From an uncultured Leptotrichia sp. (GTDB lineage: Bacteria > Fusobacteriota > Fusobacteriia > Fusobacteriales > Leptotrichiaceae), in NCBI GenBank assembly GCA_963548925.1, contig CAUUWI010000001.1, positions 1-55,639 of the forward strand: DNA of 55,639 nucleotides. Reading direction: 5' to 3'. The translations under genes and the position numbers were made by a program. Of the stretch, positions 40,484 to 52,912 are shown piece after piece (the stretch's first letter is position 1; every line of letters starts with the position of its first letter). Below the pieces are notes generated by a model. It made no database searches. It had not been told where the DNA came from and saw only the letters and a program-made list of their open reading frames with translations.

Positions 40484-41671
40484 CTATTTTTTTATTTTTT
40501 CAATACTTCTGATTAATTTTTTCATAACTACATCCCACCTATAATTCTCATACACATATCTTCTTCCATTTTCTTCCATTTTTTTAGCAATTTTAGAATT
40601 TTCAATAATATAATTCAACGTTTCCACAAATTCCCATTTATTTTCATAATACAATCCTCCATTACTTAAAATGGCATGATCTTTTAAAACTTCACATTTC
40701 CCATTTAAAAGTACAGGTTTCGAACAATACATCGCTTCCAAAGTTGAAAGAGATAAACTTTCATATTGTGAAGGAAGTATTAGCAATTTACATTTCTTTA
40801 TTAAATTAACTTTTTCTTCTTCAGATACAAAACCTAGAGCAATTATATCCTTATTTTTAGGTATTTCCATAGCACTTTTACCTGCTAATATCAATTTTAA
40901 ATTATTATTATTGTAGATTTTTTTATATTCTAGAAAATCTTCAAACATTTCTTTACATCCTTTGGATTCATCAATTCTTCCAATATAGACTACGTATTCA
41001 TCTTTTATTCCAAATGTCTCTTCTAAATTTATATCTGGAACATTTTCATTAATATCAATTCCTACTCCGATAACATCTGAATAAATATTTTCATTCCTAA
41101 ATTTATTTTGAACAAATCTTTTTTCAGCTTCTGTTAGATATAGAATAGCTTTAGGAATTTTAAAAGTTTCTTCAAAAATTTTAAAATAAATTGGAGGTTC
41201 ATCGTGTGCAGTAGGAATTAGTATACTTTTTTGGGGAACAACCTTTATTCCAAAATAAGTAGAATAATATAAGTAAGTCATAAATATAAAACAATCAAAA
41301 TTATCTTTATTTTCTTCTAAAAACTTTATTAAATCTGGTGAATAAGGCCCCTGTGCCTCCTCCCATTTTTCCCCTAATTCAATATTTTCTTTCTCATTAT
41401 TCAAGTTTTCCATAATTTTAAGAAATTCTTTTTGGTTTCTAGTTTTTTTCACTTTTTTTCTAATTACTGTCACATTATTTATAACTTCTATTCCTTCATT
41501 ATACTTATTTTCCCATGTAACATAATCTTCAGCACATGTTGTTAAAACAGAAACATCATATATTTCAGAAAGTTTTTCTGCTACTTGTCTACAATATGCC
41601 TCTGAACCGCCATTAACTTCCAAACCATATCTTTGAACAACAAATAAAACTTTTTTTTTCATACTATCCAC
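40484..41671 (-). CDS. GT4 glycosyltransferase
   Basis: VVQRYG..GGSE, GRIDESKG and PSQYESLSLSTLE. Confidence 0.88.
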   Translation of the reverse strand: MDSMKKKVLFVVQRYGLEVNGGSEAYCRQVAEKLSEIYDVSVLTTCAEDYVTWENKYNEGIEVINNVTVIRKKVKKTRNQKEFLKIMENLNNEKENIELGEKWEEAQGPYSPDLIKFLEENKDNFDCFIFMTYLYYSTYFGIKVVPQKSILIPTAHDEPPIYFKIFEETFKIPKAILYLTEAEKRFVQNKFRNENIYSDVIGVGIDINENVPDINLEETFGIKDEYVVYIGRIDESKGCKEMFEDFLEYKKIYNNNNLKLILAGKSAMEIPKNKDIIALGFVSEEEKVNLIKKCKLLILPSQYESLSLSTLEAMYCSKPVLLNGKCEVLKDHAILSNGGLYYENKWEFVETLNYIIENSKIAKKMEENGRRYVYENYRWDVVMKKLIRSIEKIKK

Positions 41672-42737
41672 CTATTCGCTTAATAAATTCCAATAATTGT
41701 TTTTCAACTTTTTCCAATTGAAAATCCTCAAGCCTTTTATTTTGATTCTTAATTATTTCTTTTTTAACATTTTCATCCGAAAGAATATAATTCATTAATT
41801 CTGATATTAAGAAATAATCTTTTTTATTTACAATTACTCCGCTATTTCCTAAAGTATCTTTTATAGCACTGCTGTTATAAGCCAAAATTGGAACTTCAAA
41901 AAACATGCTTTCTACCAATGGTACACAAAATCCTTCATGTTCACTCATACATAAAAATAAATCTGCCACTCTATAGAAAGCCAATATCTCTTCAAATTTT
42001 ATATGTCCAGGAAACACAACATCACTTTCCAATCCAAATTCTTTAATTAATTTTTTCAATAAATCTGAATAGTTTTCAAATCCGCTGTCATTTCCAACTA
42101 AAATTAACCTTGAATCTTTATTTACATACTTTTTGTAGTAATAAAAAGATTTTATTATATCTTCTTGTGCCTTATTTGGAGTAATTCTTCCTACAAATAA
42201 TATATTTTTTTTACTATCTGAATATTTTTTTATAACTTTTTTATCAGGTTCTTTCTTGTAGTCTTCAAAAGGAATTAATATAGGTAATGTCATTGTATTT
42301 TTATATCTTAATTCATCAAGTTCATTTTTGTTGTAATTCGAATCAGCTAAACTGTAATCAAAGTATCTGCCTGCATGTTTTAATCCCTTTCTGCCATATT
42401 CTACCAAATTATATAAATATTTATTATACTGTTCTAAATATTTTCCTGGAGTAATATTGTGATATCTCATTACTTTTTTACATTTATACTTTTCTAATAA
42501 AAAACTTAAATCTGTTCCAGTAGATTTATGATAAATCAAAATATCATTTTTATTTACTTTTTTTAATTTACTTATTTTAAAGACTTTATTTTTCAGTCTT
42601 TTATCTATATTTTCTGAATAAATCTCCGTTTCATATCCATTTTTCTTCAATACATTATCAATATTTATTGTATCATTACTGACTGCATCTCCATAGCTCA
42701 TTGTTGGTAAAACTTGTATTATTTTAATTTTTCTCAC
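41664..42737 (-). CDS. GT4 glycosyltransferase
   Basis: GDAVSN, YHNITP, VGRITPNK and SEHEGFCVPLVE. Confidence 0.88.
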   Translation of the reverse strand: MRKIKIIQVLPTMSYGDAVSNDTINIDNVLKKNGYETEIYSENIDKRLKNKVFKISKLKKVNKNDILIYHKSTGTDLSFLLEKYKCKKVMRYHNITPGKYLEQYNKYLYNLVEYGRKGLKHAGRYFDYSLADSNYNKNELDELRYKNTMTLPILIPFEDYKKEPDKKVIKKYSDSKKNILFVGRITPNKAQEDIIKSFYYYKKYVNKDSRLILVGNDSGFENYSDLLKKLIKEFGLESDVVFPGHIKFEEILAFYRVADLFLCMSEHEGFCVPLVESMFFEVPILAYNSSAIKDTLGNSGVIVNKKDYFLISELMNYILSDENVKKEIIKNQNKRLEDFQLEKVEKQLLEFIKRIGG

Positions 42738-43932
42738 CTACTAACTCTTTAAAAAAATCTATGTATTTTTTAGTAACAATTTCCTTATCAAAATTTTTTA
42801 AAACATACTCTTTTCCATTTTGTCCCATTTTATTTGATATATTAGGATTACTAATATAAAATTTTAAAATTTCTTCAAATTCAAAATAGTTATTAAAATA
42901 TAATCCGCCATTTGATTCTTTTGCAAAATTTTTTGTCACTTCACAATTATTATTAACAATAACTGGTCTGCCAGTTAGCCAAGATTCCATTATAACTATT
43001 GAAAAACTTTCATTTACTGATGGCTGAACAAGTGTTACTGCATTTGCATAGGCTTTATATTTATCTTCTATATTAATAAAACCTAAATCATGAACACAAC
43101 CTTTTATTTCTTTTGGAATTTCAAGTTGTCCACCTCCGATTAAAACCAAGTCTAAGTTGTCACTATTTTTTTCTTTAAATTTTTTAAAATATTCTATTAA
43201 TAAGTCAATATTTTTACCTTTATCTTTTCTTCCTGCATATAAAACATACGGATTTTTTAAGTTGTACTTTTCTTTAAATCCACTAAAATCCTCTGAAATA
43301 TTTATATCTAATCCGCCACCTATAACTTTCTTTTTAGTCCCTTTTAACCCAAATAATTTTTCTGCTAATTCTTTTTCAGGCTTAGCTAAAAAAATGCAGC
43401 CTAAAGATAATTTAAAAATTTCTTTTAAACTTTCCATATATGCATAGGCTTCATCATGTAAACAAGGAATTAACACAGATTTATTTTTCACTTTTTTCAC
43501 ACCCCAATATGTCGTTCCGAACATATATGGAATAAAACAAAATAATGAGTAATTATCTATATTTTTTTCAATATAATTCTCTAAATCTGTACTTCTAATC
43601 ATTTCTTGAAAAAATATCTGTTCTTCTTCAAAATTTATTCTTTTTCCTTGCATAAGTAAAGCATTCACATTATCGAATTTCTTATTATCTCTTTTTCTAA
43701 TTTTAAATCTTTTTATTTTTATTCCACTTTCTTCATAATTACCTTCTTTGTAATAATTTTTATTCCAATCCGAAGAAAACTTTTCTACACAAGTTGTAAG
43801 TATTTCTATTTCTATTCCTTTTTTAGTCAAATTTTTAACTATATTTCTCGTTTCAGTTTCAGCTCCACCTGGTATTTTATCTCCGTACCACGGAACTACA
43901 AATGCTATTTTTTTCATACCAATCACTTCCAT
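42724..43932 (-). CDS. GT4 glycosyltransferase
   Basis: VPWYG..GGAE, GRKDKGKN and PSVNESFSIVIME; start may be ATG 43917. Confidence 0.88.
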   Translation of the reverse strand: MEVIGMKKIAFVVPWYGDKIPGGAETETRNIVKNLTKKGIEIEILTTCVEKFSSDWNKNYYKEGNYEESGIKIKRFKIRKRDNKKFDNVNALLMQGKRINFEEEQIFFQEMIRSTDLENYIEKNIDNYSLFCFIPYMFGTTYWGVKKVKNKSVLIPCLHDEAYAYMESLKEIFKLSLGCIFLAKPEKELAEKLFGLKGTKKKVIGGGLDINISEDFSGFKEKYNLKNPYVLYAGRKDKGKNIDLLIEYFKKFKEKNSDNLDLVLIGGGQLEIPKEIKGCVHDLGFINIEDKYKAYANAVTLVQPSVNESFSIVIMESWLTGRPVIVNNNCEVTKNFAKESNGGLYFNNYFEFEEILKFYISNPNISNKMGQNGKEYVLKNFDKEIVTKKYIDFFKELVGEKN

Positions 43933-45044
43933 GCAATTACCGCATAATCTTGATATCCAAATAATATTTCATGCATTCTTCTAATTTTTTCATTATATTT
44001 TTTTAATTCTTTTTGATCCATATCATTATCTTTAAGTACAGGAGCTTCTGTATCAACAGGAGAACTGTAAATAAATTCTACTTTTTTAAATCCATGTTCC
44101 TTTAACAGCATTTCAATTGTAAACGGATGAACATACTGTCTATGTGTCAAATCCAGTGTATATGCCATAGTTTGTGTCACCAATGCCATTGGATTTATTG
44201 TTTCAAGAATTAGAGGACTTCCTTCTTGAAGATTTTTATATGCTCCTTTTATTAATTTTACTATTTGTGATGGTTTCAAATGCTCTATAACTTGTGATGA
44301 AAATATTCCTCCTAAATTTAGATTATCATTGTCATATAAATAATTTACCCCATCTTTTAATTCAACTGATAATCCATCTTTTTTACATTTTTCAACCATT
44401 TGCGGATTAATATCCATACCAAAAACATATTGTTTTCCAGCATTTAGCAGAGTTTTCATAAACTCTCCTCTTCCACAACCTATATCCAGTATATTATCTT
44501 TTCCGACATATAACCTTACAAATTTTTCCTGTAATTTTTGTATACTTTCTTCAGAACCTCTATATTTATCTTCAAAAGCAAGATAATCCATATCAAAATT
44601 ATTTTCTTTTTCTATTTTTTCTAATTTTTTTATTCCTTCATCCCTTTCGTTTAATAGCTTTATTATTTCTTCATTTTTCTTATCTAATTGCTTATTCAAA
44701 TTATTTATAGCTCTAACAGCACATGAATTAAATGTTATTTGATCCTGCAGCATCGGAACTATATACCATCTTGTCAATTTTCTAATTACTTTTTTTAAAA
44801 ATGAAAATAATTTATTCTTAGACAAAATTTCTCTTTCTAAATTAATATTCCAAACTTGGTTTAATACATCTAAATCATATCTAAAATTATCTTCTTCACT
44901 TATTTTAGGAGTAAAATCAAAATTATTTATTTTTTCTTCTTCCAAGTATCCTTTATCTTTTATATTTTGTCTTATTTTATTCATTATTTCTTCAACATTA
45001 ATATTGTCTATATTTATTTCAAAGTCATTTTCTTTTATTTCCAT
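43923..45044 (-). CDS. SAM-dependent methyltransferase with coiled coil, probable chain terminator
   Basis: Q..FN coiled-coil region, FEDKYRGS, LDIGCGRGE, QVIEH, ETINP and QDYAVIA; directly follows wzt. Confidence 0.85.
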   Translation of the reverse strand: MEIKENDFEINIDNINVEEIMNKIRQNIKDKGYLEEEKINNFDFTPKISEEDNFRYDLDVLNQVWNINLEREILSKNKLFSFLKKVIRKLTRWYIVPMLQDQITFNSCAVRAINNLNKQLDKKNEEIIKLLNERDEGIKKLEKIEKENNFDMDYLAFEDKYRGSEESIQKLQEKFVRLYVGKDNILDIGCGRGEFMKTLLNAGKQYVFGMDINPQMVEKCKKDGLSVELKDGVNYLYDNDNLNLGGIFSSQVIEHLKPSQIVKLIKGAYKNLQEGSPLILETINPMALVTQTMAYTLDLTHRQYVHPFTIEMLLKEHGFKKVEFIYSSPVDTEAPVLKDNDMDQKELKKYNEKIRRMHEILFGYQDYAVIAWK

Positions 45045-45063
45045 ACTTTTAATATATTCCTTC

Positions 45064-46347
45064 CTATAAGTGACTAAACTTATGATTTATTCTAAATATT
45101 CCAGTATCTTTTAAAATACTATATACGGTAAAAAAATTTGCTTTTCTTATATAGTCATATGGCTTTCCATATTCATCATGAAAAGCAATATCCAAATAAT
45201 ACTTACCCTCTAATAATTGAATACTTTCTATGTCTACTTCAACAATTCCTTCATCCTGAATTTTAATTTTCTCAAAATTATCAATAAACGTATTTGTACC
45301 ATAACAATTCAGTCCATCATTCCTAAAAATTCCAAATCCGAAAACAGAATCTTTTAGTTTTTCATTATTCTTTTTATATTTAACTTTTATTTTTAATTTG
45401 TCTTCTGAATTATAAGTATCACTTACTTCATTTTTTTCATTCAATAACTTTATATTGATAATTTCAATATCTTTATTTCCAGTTCGATTTTTATCTTTTT
45501 TCTTTTTTTCTTCTTTTTCAATATTTTTTTCTTCGAATACCTCTTTCTTCTTTTCCTGATCATTTACTTTACTTTGATCTTTTATTTTAATTTTTTCATT
45601 CTTATCTTTATTCATAATGTCATCTAAATATTCTGCAACAATATCGTGCGGTATACCTTCATCTCTTATTTTGCCATTTTCAATCCATACAGCTCTATTG
45701 CACAATCTTTCTATAGAACCTAAATCATGTGACACTATTACAATTGTAATTTCTCTTTTTTTCAATTCCAGCATTTTATTAAAACATTTAGCCTGAAACC
45801 TAGCATCACCAACCGCCAAAATTTCATCAATCAATAAAATATCAGCATCAACATTTATCGCAACAGAAAAAGCTAATCTCATATACATTCCTGAAGAATA
45901 TGTTCTAACTGGACTGTCTATAAACTCTTCTAACTCAGAAAATTCTATTATCTCATCTAGCCTGCCATCTATTTCCTTTTTAGTAAGCCCAAATATAGAA
46001 GCATTTGTATAAATATTTTCCCTTCCAGTCATATCAGGATGAAATCCTGCTCCTAGTTCCAAAAGACTTGAAATTTTCCCATTTATCTCTATTTTTCCCT
46101 TATCCGGGTATATTATCTTTGTCATTAATTTTAATAATGTACTTTTTCCACATCCATTATGTCCAACTAACCCTACAACTTCTCCTCTTTCTATTTCCAA
46201 AGTTACACCTTTTAAAACTTCATGTCTTGTATAGCTGTTTCTTTGTTTAAAAAAAAGTAACCTTTCTTTTAAGGTATGCCCTTTATCACTATATATTTTA
46301 AAACTTTTTTCTACATTTTTTACGCTTATTACAACATCTTTCGCCAT
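45064..46347 (-). CDS. wzt: ABC exporter ATPase Wzt with C-terminal carbohydrate-binding domain
   Basis: GHNGCGKST, YSSGM and DEILAVGD; ~150 aa Wzt_C extension. Confidence 0.93.
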   Translation of the reverse strand: MAKDVVISVKNVEKSFKIYSDKGHTLKERLLFFKQRNSYTRHEVLKGVTLEIERGEVVGLVGHNGCGKSTLLKLMTKIIYPDKGKIEINGKISSLLELGAGFHPDMTGRENIYTNASIFGLTKKEIDGRLDEIIEFSELEEFIDSPVRTYSSGMYMRLAFSVAINVDADILLIDEILAVGDARFQAKCFNKMLELKKREITIVIVSHDLGSIERLCNRAVWIENGKIRDEGIPHDIVAEYLDDIMNKDKNEKIKIKDQSKVNDQEKKKEVFEEKNIEKEEKKKKDKNRTGNKDIEIINIKLLNEKNEVSDTYNSEDKLKIKVKYKKNNEKLKDSVFGFGIFRNDGLNCYGTNTFIDNFEKIKIQDEGIVEVDIESIQLLEGKYYLDIAFHDEYGKPYDYIRKANFFTVYSILKDTGIFRINHKFSHL

Positions 46348-47120
46348 TATAGTTCCTCCGCAAAGTTTTTCTGTAATTTTTCAAATACAAAATATCCAAT
46401 GACAATCATAATTATTCCATAAATTAATATTCCACCAAATGAATTAAAACTTGGCATTCTTTTATAATATAAAATATTTCTATAAAAATTTATTATACCT
46501 GTCATTGGATTTAAATAAAACCAAAAACGATATTTTTCTGGTATCATTTCAATTTCATAAACTATCGGAGTTAAATAAAACCATATCATTACTATAATAT
46601 TTAGAATGTATTCCAAATCTCTAAAATATACATTTAAAGCTGAAAATATAAAAGTCATTCCTAATACTAAAATATATTGCATAATCATAGCGAGCGGTAA
46701 AAGTAATATATATTTACTAAATCCAATGCCACTGACTAATATTGTTAATAATACAACTATCATGCTGTAAAACATATTCATAAAAGCAGAATTTACTGTT
46801 GAAATAGGTAATATAATTCTTGGGAAATATATTTTTTTTATCAAATCTTTATTCATCAAAATACTTGTTGAACCAGCTTGAATGCAAGTAGCAAAAAATA
46901 GCCAAGGAATTAATCCTATGAATAAATAAATATAAAATTTATCTATATTTACTTTCATAATTGTAGAAAAGACTATCGTATAAACGACCAATTGTAAAAG
47001 AGGGTTCAGAAATGTCCACAAAAAACCCAATACTGAACCCTTGTATCTTACTTTTAAATCTTTTTTTACTAAATTTGAAAGCATTTCACGATAATCATAT
47101 AATTCTTTTATAATTCTCAT
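46347..47120 (-). CDS. wzm: ABC exporter permease Wzm
   Basis: RYKGSVLGFLWTFLNP, IKKIYFP, FRD, TPIVY and LNPM. Confidence 0.93.
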   Translation of the reverse strand: MRIIKELYDYREMLSNLVKKDLKVRYKGSVLGFLWTFLNPLLQLVVYTIVFSTIMKVNIDKFYIYLFIGLIPWLFFATCIQAGSTSILMNKDLIKKIYFPRIILPISTVNSAFMNMFYSMIVVLLTILVSGIGFSKYILLLPLAMIMQYILVLGMTFIFSALNVYFRDLEYILNIIVMIWFYLTPIVYEIEMIPEKYRFWFYLNPMTGIINFYRNILYYKRMPSFNSFGGILIYGIIMIVIGYFVFEKLQKNFAEEL

Positions 47121-47123
47121 AAT

Positions 47124-48053
47124 TTATTTCCATCTCCAATATTCTAAAACATCTTTCAATGTTTCATCAATAGAAATTTCTGGCTTCCATCCTGTATCTT
47201 TTTTAATCTTTGTATTGTCACATTGCACTATTGGTATATCAACTGGACGGAATTTTTCTTTATCTATTTCTATTTTTATTTCTTTATTTGATAAATTCAC
47301 TAATTTTTCTAAAATTTCCTTTACCCTCACAACATTTCCTGAACCTATATTATATGATTCTCCTATTTTCCCATTCTCAAGTAACATTACATACCCTCTG
47401 ACAATATCTCTTACATCAGTAAAATCTCTCAAAGTATCTAAATTCCCAACTTTTAATACTGGAATCGCACCTTTTTCAATTTTTACAATTTTACTTGCAA
47501 AATCAGGAACTACAAAATTTTCACTTTGTCCAGCACCAATGTGATTAAAGGCTCTTACAAATATAATATTCATCTTGTAGGCTTTTACATATAACTTGCC
47601 AAGTTCTTCTTGTGTTTTTTTGCTAATTCCATATGGGCTTTGAGGAATTTGCATTTGTGTTTCTTTTATCGGGCAATCCTCAGGTTTTATAATTCCATAC
47701 TGGTCACTTGAGCCAATAATTAATATTTTAGGATTTATATTATTACTTTTCACAGCTTCTAATAAATTTAAAGTCCCATTTACATTGACATCTATTGTTA
47801 AAACCGGTTTTTGCCATGAAAGCCCTACTGCACTTTGTCCAGCCAAATGAAAAATCATATCTGGTTTTATATTTTTTATTACATCATTAACATTTTCTGT
47901 ATTTAGCAGATTCATTTTAAATATCTTTATCTTATCATTTTTATACGTTTCATTTATTGTTGTTCCGTAAACATCATAACCACTTTTTAAAAGATAATCA
48001 TACAAATATCTTGCAACGAAACCATCAATTCCAGTTACCAATACTTTTTTCAT
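47124..48053 (-). CDS. rmd: GDP-4-keto-6-deoxy-D-mannose reductase (GDP-D-rhamnose synthase)
   Basis: HLAGQS, SPYGISK, FNHIG, VGNL..RDFTDVRDIV; directly follows gmd; resembles Aneurinibacillus Rmd as I recall it. Confidence 0.78.
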   Translation of the reverse strand: MKKVLVTGIDGFVARYLYDYLLKSGYDVYGTTINETYKNDKIKIFKMNLLNTENVNDVIKNIKPDMIFHLAGQSAVGLSWQKPVLTIDVNVNGTLNLLEAVKSNNINPKILIIGSSDQYGIIKPEDCPIKETQMQIPQSPYGISKKTQEELGKLYVKAYKMNIIFVRAFNHIGAGQSENFVVPDFASKIVKIEKGAIPVLKVGNLDTLRDFTDVRDIVRGYVMLLENGKIGESYNIGSGNVVRVKEILEKLVNLSNKEIKIEIDKEKFRPVDIPIVQCDNTKIKKDTGWKPEISIDETLKDVLEYWRWK

Positions 48054-48069
48054 TAAGAATCTCCCTCGT

Positions 48070-49101
<1,032 letters not shown>

Positions 49102-49125
49102 TTATACTCTCCTATCTCTTTATTT

Positions 49126-50202
49126 CTATAAATATTCATTTCTATTACAAATTTTCAAATTATTAATAATCTCCTTAACTTCCTGTGTATTATCTTTATG
49201 ACAAATCAATGTAACATCATCAGTATCCACAATTACTATATCTTCTAATCCAATAGTTGCAATAAGTTTTTCATTACCTTGAATTATTGAATTTTTTGTT
49301 CTTATGCTTATAACATTTCCATTTATAACATTTCCATCTTGATTTGTTTTATTAATCCTTTCAAGTGACAGCCAGCTTCCTACATCATCCCAGCCGAAAT
49401 TTCCTGGAATGACATAAATATTTTTAGCTTTTTCCATTATTCCATAATCTATGGATTCTGACGGAAGATTTGAAAATTCTTTTTTTAATACTTCTTCATA
49501 TTTTTCTGTACCTATTGATTCTCCAATTTTTTGCAGGCCTTCATAGATTTCTGGCAAATATTCCTTAAAATTTTTTAAAATAGTCGATGCCTTCCATACA
49601 AACATTCCACTATTCCATAAATATTGTCCACTTGTCAAGTATTCCTTAGCTTTTTCTAAATTAGGTTTTTCTACAAAACGTAAAACTTCATAAACATTTG
49701 CACTGTCTTTAAAACTTTCACCTTTTGTAAAATTAATATATCCATATCCTGTTTCAGGGTAATTTGGCGTAATTCCTATTGTTGCCAAATTATCACCTTT
49801 TTCAACTACATCTAAAGCTGTTTTTAGTGTGTCAATAAAAATTTCATTAAATTTAATTAGATGATCAGACGGTAAAATTATCATTTTTGAATTTATATCC
49901 TTTTTAGCAATATGCATTGCAGCAAGTCCGATACAAGGTGCAGTATTTTTGGCAACTGGTTCAATGATAATATTCTCGTCCAGTATGTCAGGAACATGTT
50001 CTAAAACCAAATTTTTATACATTTCATTTGTTACCACGTAAACATTTTCAATGTCTACTAAACTTTTTGCCCTTTCAACAGTGTGTTGTATCATAGATTT
50101 CCCGTCATCTGTTAAAGATAAAAATTGCTTTGGTAGATTTATTCGGCTTTTAGGCCAGAATCTTTCGCCTTTTCCTCCAGCCATTATTACTATTGAAGTC
50201 AA
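49126..50202 (-). CDS. manC: mannose-1-phosphate guanylyltransferase
   Basis: MAGGKGERFWP, PKQF, PETGYGYI, FVEKP, WNSGMF, SIDY and WDDVGSW; TTG start with GGAGG RBS. Confidence 0.93.
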   Translation of the reverse strand: MTSIVIMAGGKGERFWPKSRINLPKQFLSLTDDGKSMIQHTVERAKSLVDIENVYVVTNEMYKNLVLEHVPDILDENIIIEPVAKNTAPCIGLAAMHIAKKDINSKMIILPSDHLIKFNEIFIDTLKTALDVVEKGDNLATIGITPNYPETGYGYINFTKGESFKDSANVYEVLRFVEKPNLEKAKEYLTSGQYLWNSGMFVWKASTILKNFKEYLPEIYEGLQKIGESIGTEKYEEVLKKEFSNLPSESIDYGIMEKAKNIYVIPGNFGWDDVGSWLSLERINKTNQDGNVINGNVISIRTKNSIIQGNEKLIATIGLEDIVIVDTDDVTLICHKDNTQEVKEIINNLKICNRNEYL

Positions 50203-50275
50203 TGCAGCTCCTCCTTTTTTATTTAAAATTTTACTAGCGTGTTTTAAAATAAATAAAACAGCAACTATATATAAA

Positions 50276-51172
50276 TTATTTTTTTAATAAACTTTCTAAA
50301 TACTTTTTATAGTCACAAATTTTTAACTTATTTATTATTTCAATAAGCATTTCTTTATTTATCCATCCTTTTGTATAGGCAATTTCTTCAAGACAGGCAA
50401 TATAAAAACCTTGTCTATTTTGCACAGCCTCTACAAAATTTGAGGCTTCCAGCAAACCTTTTGGTGTTCCCGTATCAAACCAGTTCATGCCTCGCCCAAG
50501 AGTTTTTACTTTCAATCTTTTTTCAAGTAAATAAAATTCATTAATTGAGGTTATTTCTAATTCCTTACGTTCTGACGGTTTTAATGTTTTAGCTTTTTTT
50601 ATAACTGTATTATCATAAAAATACAATCCCGGAATTGCAAAATTTGATTTGGCTGCTTGCGGCTTTTCTTGCAGGGAAATAACATTTCCATGTTTATCAA
50701 ATTCAACAACTCCATAATCACTGGGATTTTTAACTGGATAGCCAAATATCATTGCACCATTGTTATTTAATTCGTTTTTTTTACAATTTTCGAAATAATC
50801 AACTGAATCTTCGAGAATTTTTGAAAACCCATTTCCATAAAATATATTATCTCCTAAAATTAACGTAATATTATCATAATTAATAAATTCTTCTCCAAGC
50901 AAAAAACATTCAGCAATCCCATTTGGTTCGATTTGAACTTTATATTTAATATTTATTCCTAATTGTTTTCCATCGCCAAGAAGACTTTCAAACAGAAAAA
51001 CATCCCTTGGTGTAGAAATTATTAGAATATCTTTTATATTCGCAAGCATAAGTACAGATAAAGGATAATAAATCATAGGCTTATCATAAACTGGTAATAT
51101 TTGTTTGGAAATAGATTTTGTTAATGGAAAGAGTCGTGTACCGGAACCACCAGCTAAAATAATTCCTTTCAT
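50276..51172 (-). CDS. rmlA: glucose-1-phosphate thymidylyltransferase
   Basis: MKGIILAGGSGTRL, KQILPVYDKPMIYYPL, LGDN, EKP and W.DTGT. Confidence 0.95.
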   Translation of the reverse strand: MKGIILAGGSGTRLFPLTKSISKQILPVYDKPMIYYPLSVLMLANIKDILIISTPRDVFLFESLLGDGKQLGINIKYKVQIEPNGIAECFLLGEEFINYDNITLILGDNIFYGNGFSKILEDSVDYFENCKKNELNNNGAMIFGYPVKNPSDYGVVEFDKHGNVISLQEKPQAAKSNFAIPGLYFYDNTVIKKAKTLKPSERKELEITSINEFYLLEKRLKVKTLGRGMNWFDTGTPKGLLEASNFVEAVQNRQGFYIACLEEIAYTKGWINKEMLIEIINKLKICDYKKYLESLLKK

Positions 51173-51202
51173 AGGAACCTCCTTAAAATTATTAAATAAA
51201 AT

Positions 51203-52498
51203 TTATTTTCCTTTTCCAAATAAAACAGCTTTAGCTGTTTTCATAACAACAAGTACATCAAGTATTAAATCTTGATGCTTTAAGTAATATAAATCATATT
51301 CAAGTTTTTTTTTCGCATCTTCCAAACTTTCTCCATATGGGAACATAACTTGAGCCCATCCAGTTATTCCTGGTTTTATAAGATGCCTTAAATTATAATA
51401 ATTTATCTGCTTTTCGTATTCTTTAGCTAATATGTCCCATTCAGGACGTGGACCTACAAAACTCATTGTTCCTTTTAGTATGTTCCAAAGTTGAGGTAGT
51501 TCATCAATTCTTGTTTTTCTCATAAATTTTCCAAATTTTGTTACTCTAATATCGTTGTCTAAAGTATATTTTGAATATTTATTTGGATCATGCATCTTCA
51601 TACTTCGAAATTTATAAACTTTAAAAGGTTGCATATTCTCGCCTATTCTTACCTGCTTAAATATTACTGGTCCTTTGGATTCAAATTTTATAATTATTGC
51701 AGTTATTAATGCTATTGGCGAAAAGATTATTATTAAAAGTAAAGCTAACGTTAAATCCATTCCACGTTTTATATTTCTTTGCATTTCATTATTTAAAATA
51801 TCAAATCCATTTGATTCAAGCAACCATTCTTCATTTATTTTATCTATATCAATTTTCTTTTGAATATCTTCATTAAATTCTTCATAATTTATTATTTTCA
51901 AACCATTTATTTTTAAATCGAAAAGGCGTTTTAAATATTTCTTAAAATCTGGACTGTTCATATCTTTTACAATCACTAAAATATCAATATTTTTTTCAGA
52001 AATTATTTTCTCCATTTCATCATAATTTCCAATTAGATATTTTGTTACTATGTTTTTATTGTTGGAAATGTATCCAATATAATTATAATCAAGAGTATTT
52101 ATAATATCTTCTTGAATATTGTTTTTAATATGATTTGAGCCAAATATTAATACATTTCGCTTTTTCATATAAAGAGAACACATAATTCTTCTAAAAATTA
52201 CTTGAAAAAAGAATAACAATGCAAATACAAAAAAAACATTGATACGCTTCCAGAAAGCATAAAGCATTACGGAAAAAATTACGTCAATTCCTAAATTTAT
52301 AAATACATCTTTTAGTCTGAAGCGTTCAGCATAAAAATCTAACTGTCCAAATATAAAATTTATGAATATGAATAAAATAAATATGAAATTTGTCAGATAT
52401 TTTATTATATAATCATATTTATCCAACAAAAAACTATAGATTATATACAGGATAAATATATATAATAAACGTATACAAATATTCTTATTTAATTTCAT
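51203..52498 (-). CDS. initiating undecaprenyl-phosphate glycosyl-1-phosphate transferase (WcaJ/WbaP type)
   Basis: N-terminal TM segments, KR..D, KFRSM, RIDELPQ, MSFVGPRPE, KPGITGWAQV and YDLYY. Confidence 0.92.
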   Translation of the reverse strand: MKLNKNICIRLLYIFILYIIYSFLLDKYDYIIKYLTNFIFILFIFINFIFGQLDFYAERFRLKDVFINLGIDVIFSVMLYAFWKRINVFFVFALLFFFQVIFRRIMCSLYMKKRNVLIFGSNHIKNNIQEDIINTLDYNYIGYISNNKNIVTKYLIGNYDEMEKIISEKNIDILVIVKDMNSPDFKKYLKRLFDLKINGLKIINYEEFNEDIQKKIDIDKINEEWLLESNGFDILNNEMQRNIKRGMDLTLALLLIIIFSPIALITAIIIKFESKGPVIFKQVRIGENMQPFKVYKFRSMKMHDPNKYSKYTLDNDIRVTKFGKFMRKTRIDELPQLWNILKGTMSFVGPRPEWDILAKEYEKQINYYNLRHLIKPGITGWAQVMFPYGESLEDAKKKLEYDLYYLKHQDLILDVLVVMKTAKAVLFGKGK

Positions 52499-52760
52499 AA
52501 TTATTCACCCTCACTTGGCAAATTATACTATAATTTTTTCAGAAAATACATTTAATATTTTCATTTTTAATAAAATTAAATTAAAAAATATATTTTATTT
52601 TTCAATAAATATAAATATCAACACCACGAGTATAACATATTTCAATATCAAATTCAAGAGAGTTTTAAAATTCTCATCTGTTTAAAATTAAAATGTTATA
52701 ATTCAAAATAAAATAAACAGAATTATTTTATATACAATTTTAAATTTTTCAATATATTTT

Positions 52761-52783
52761 TTTGTTGCACTTGATTATACAAT
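52761..52783 (-). repeat. IS30-end-like motif upstream of the locus
   Basis: TTTGTTGCACTTGATTATACAAT, similar to 20004-20027 and to IS30-family ends. Confidence 0.5.
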
Positions 52784-52912
52784 ACACCGAATAAAATTTA
52801 CAATTAAAAAAATAAAATTTAAATTGATTTTATGAGTAAATTGTTGTAAAATACGTTGAGATTATTTTTAAATTTTAAAAATAATGGATTAATAATAAAA
52901 AGGAGAATAATA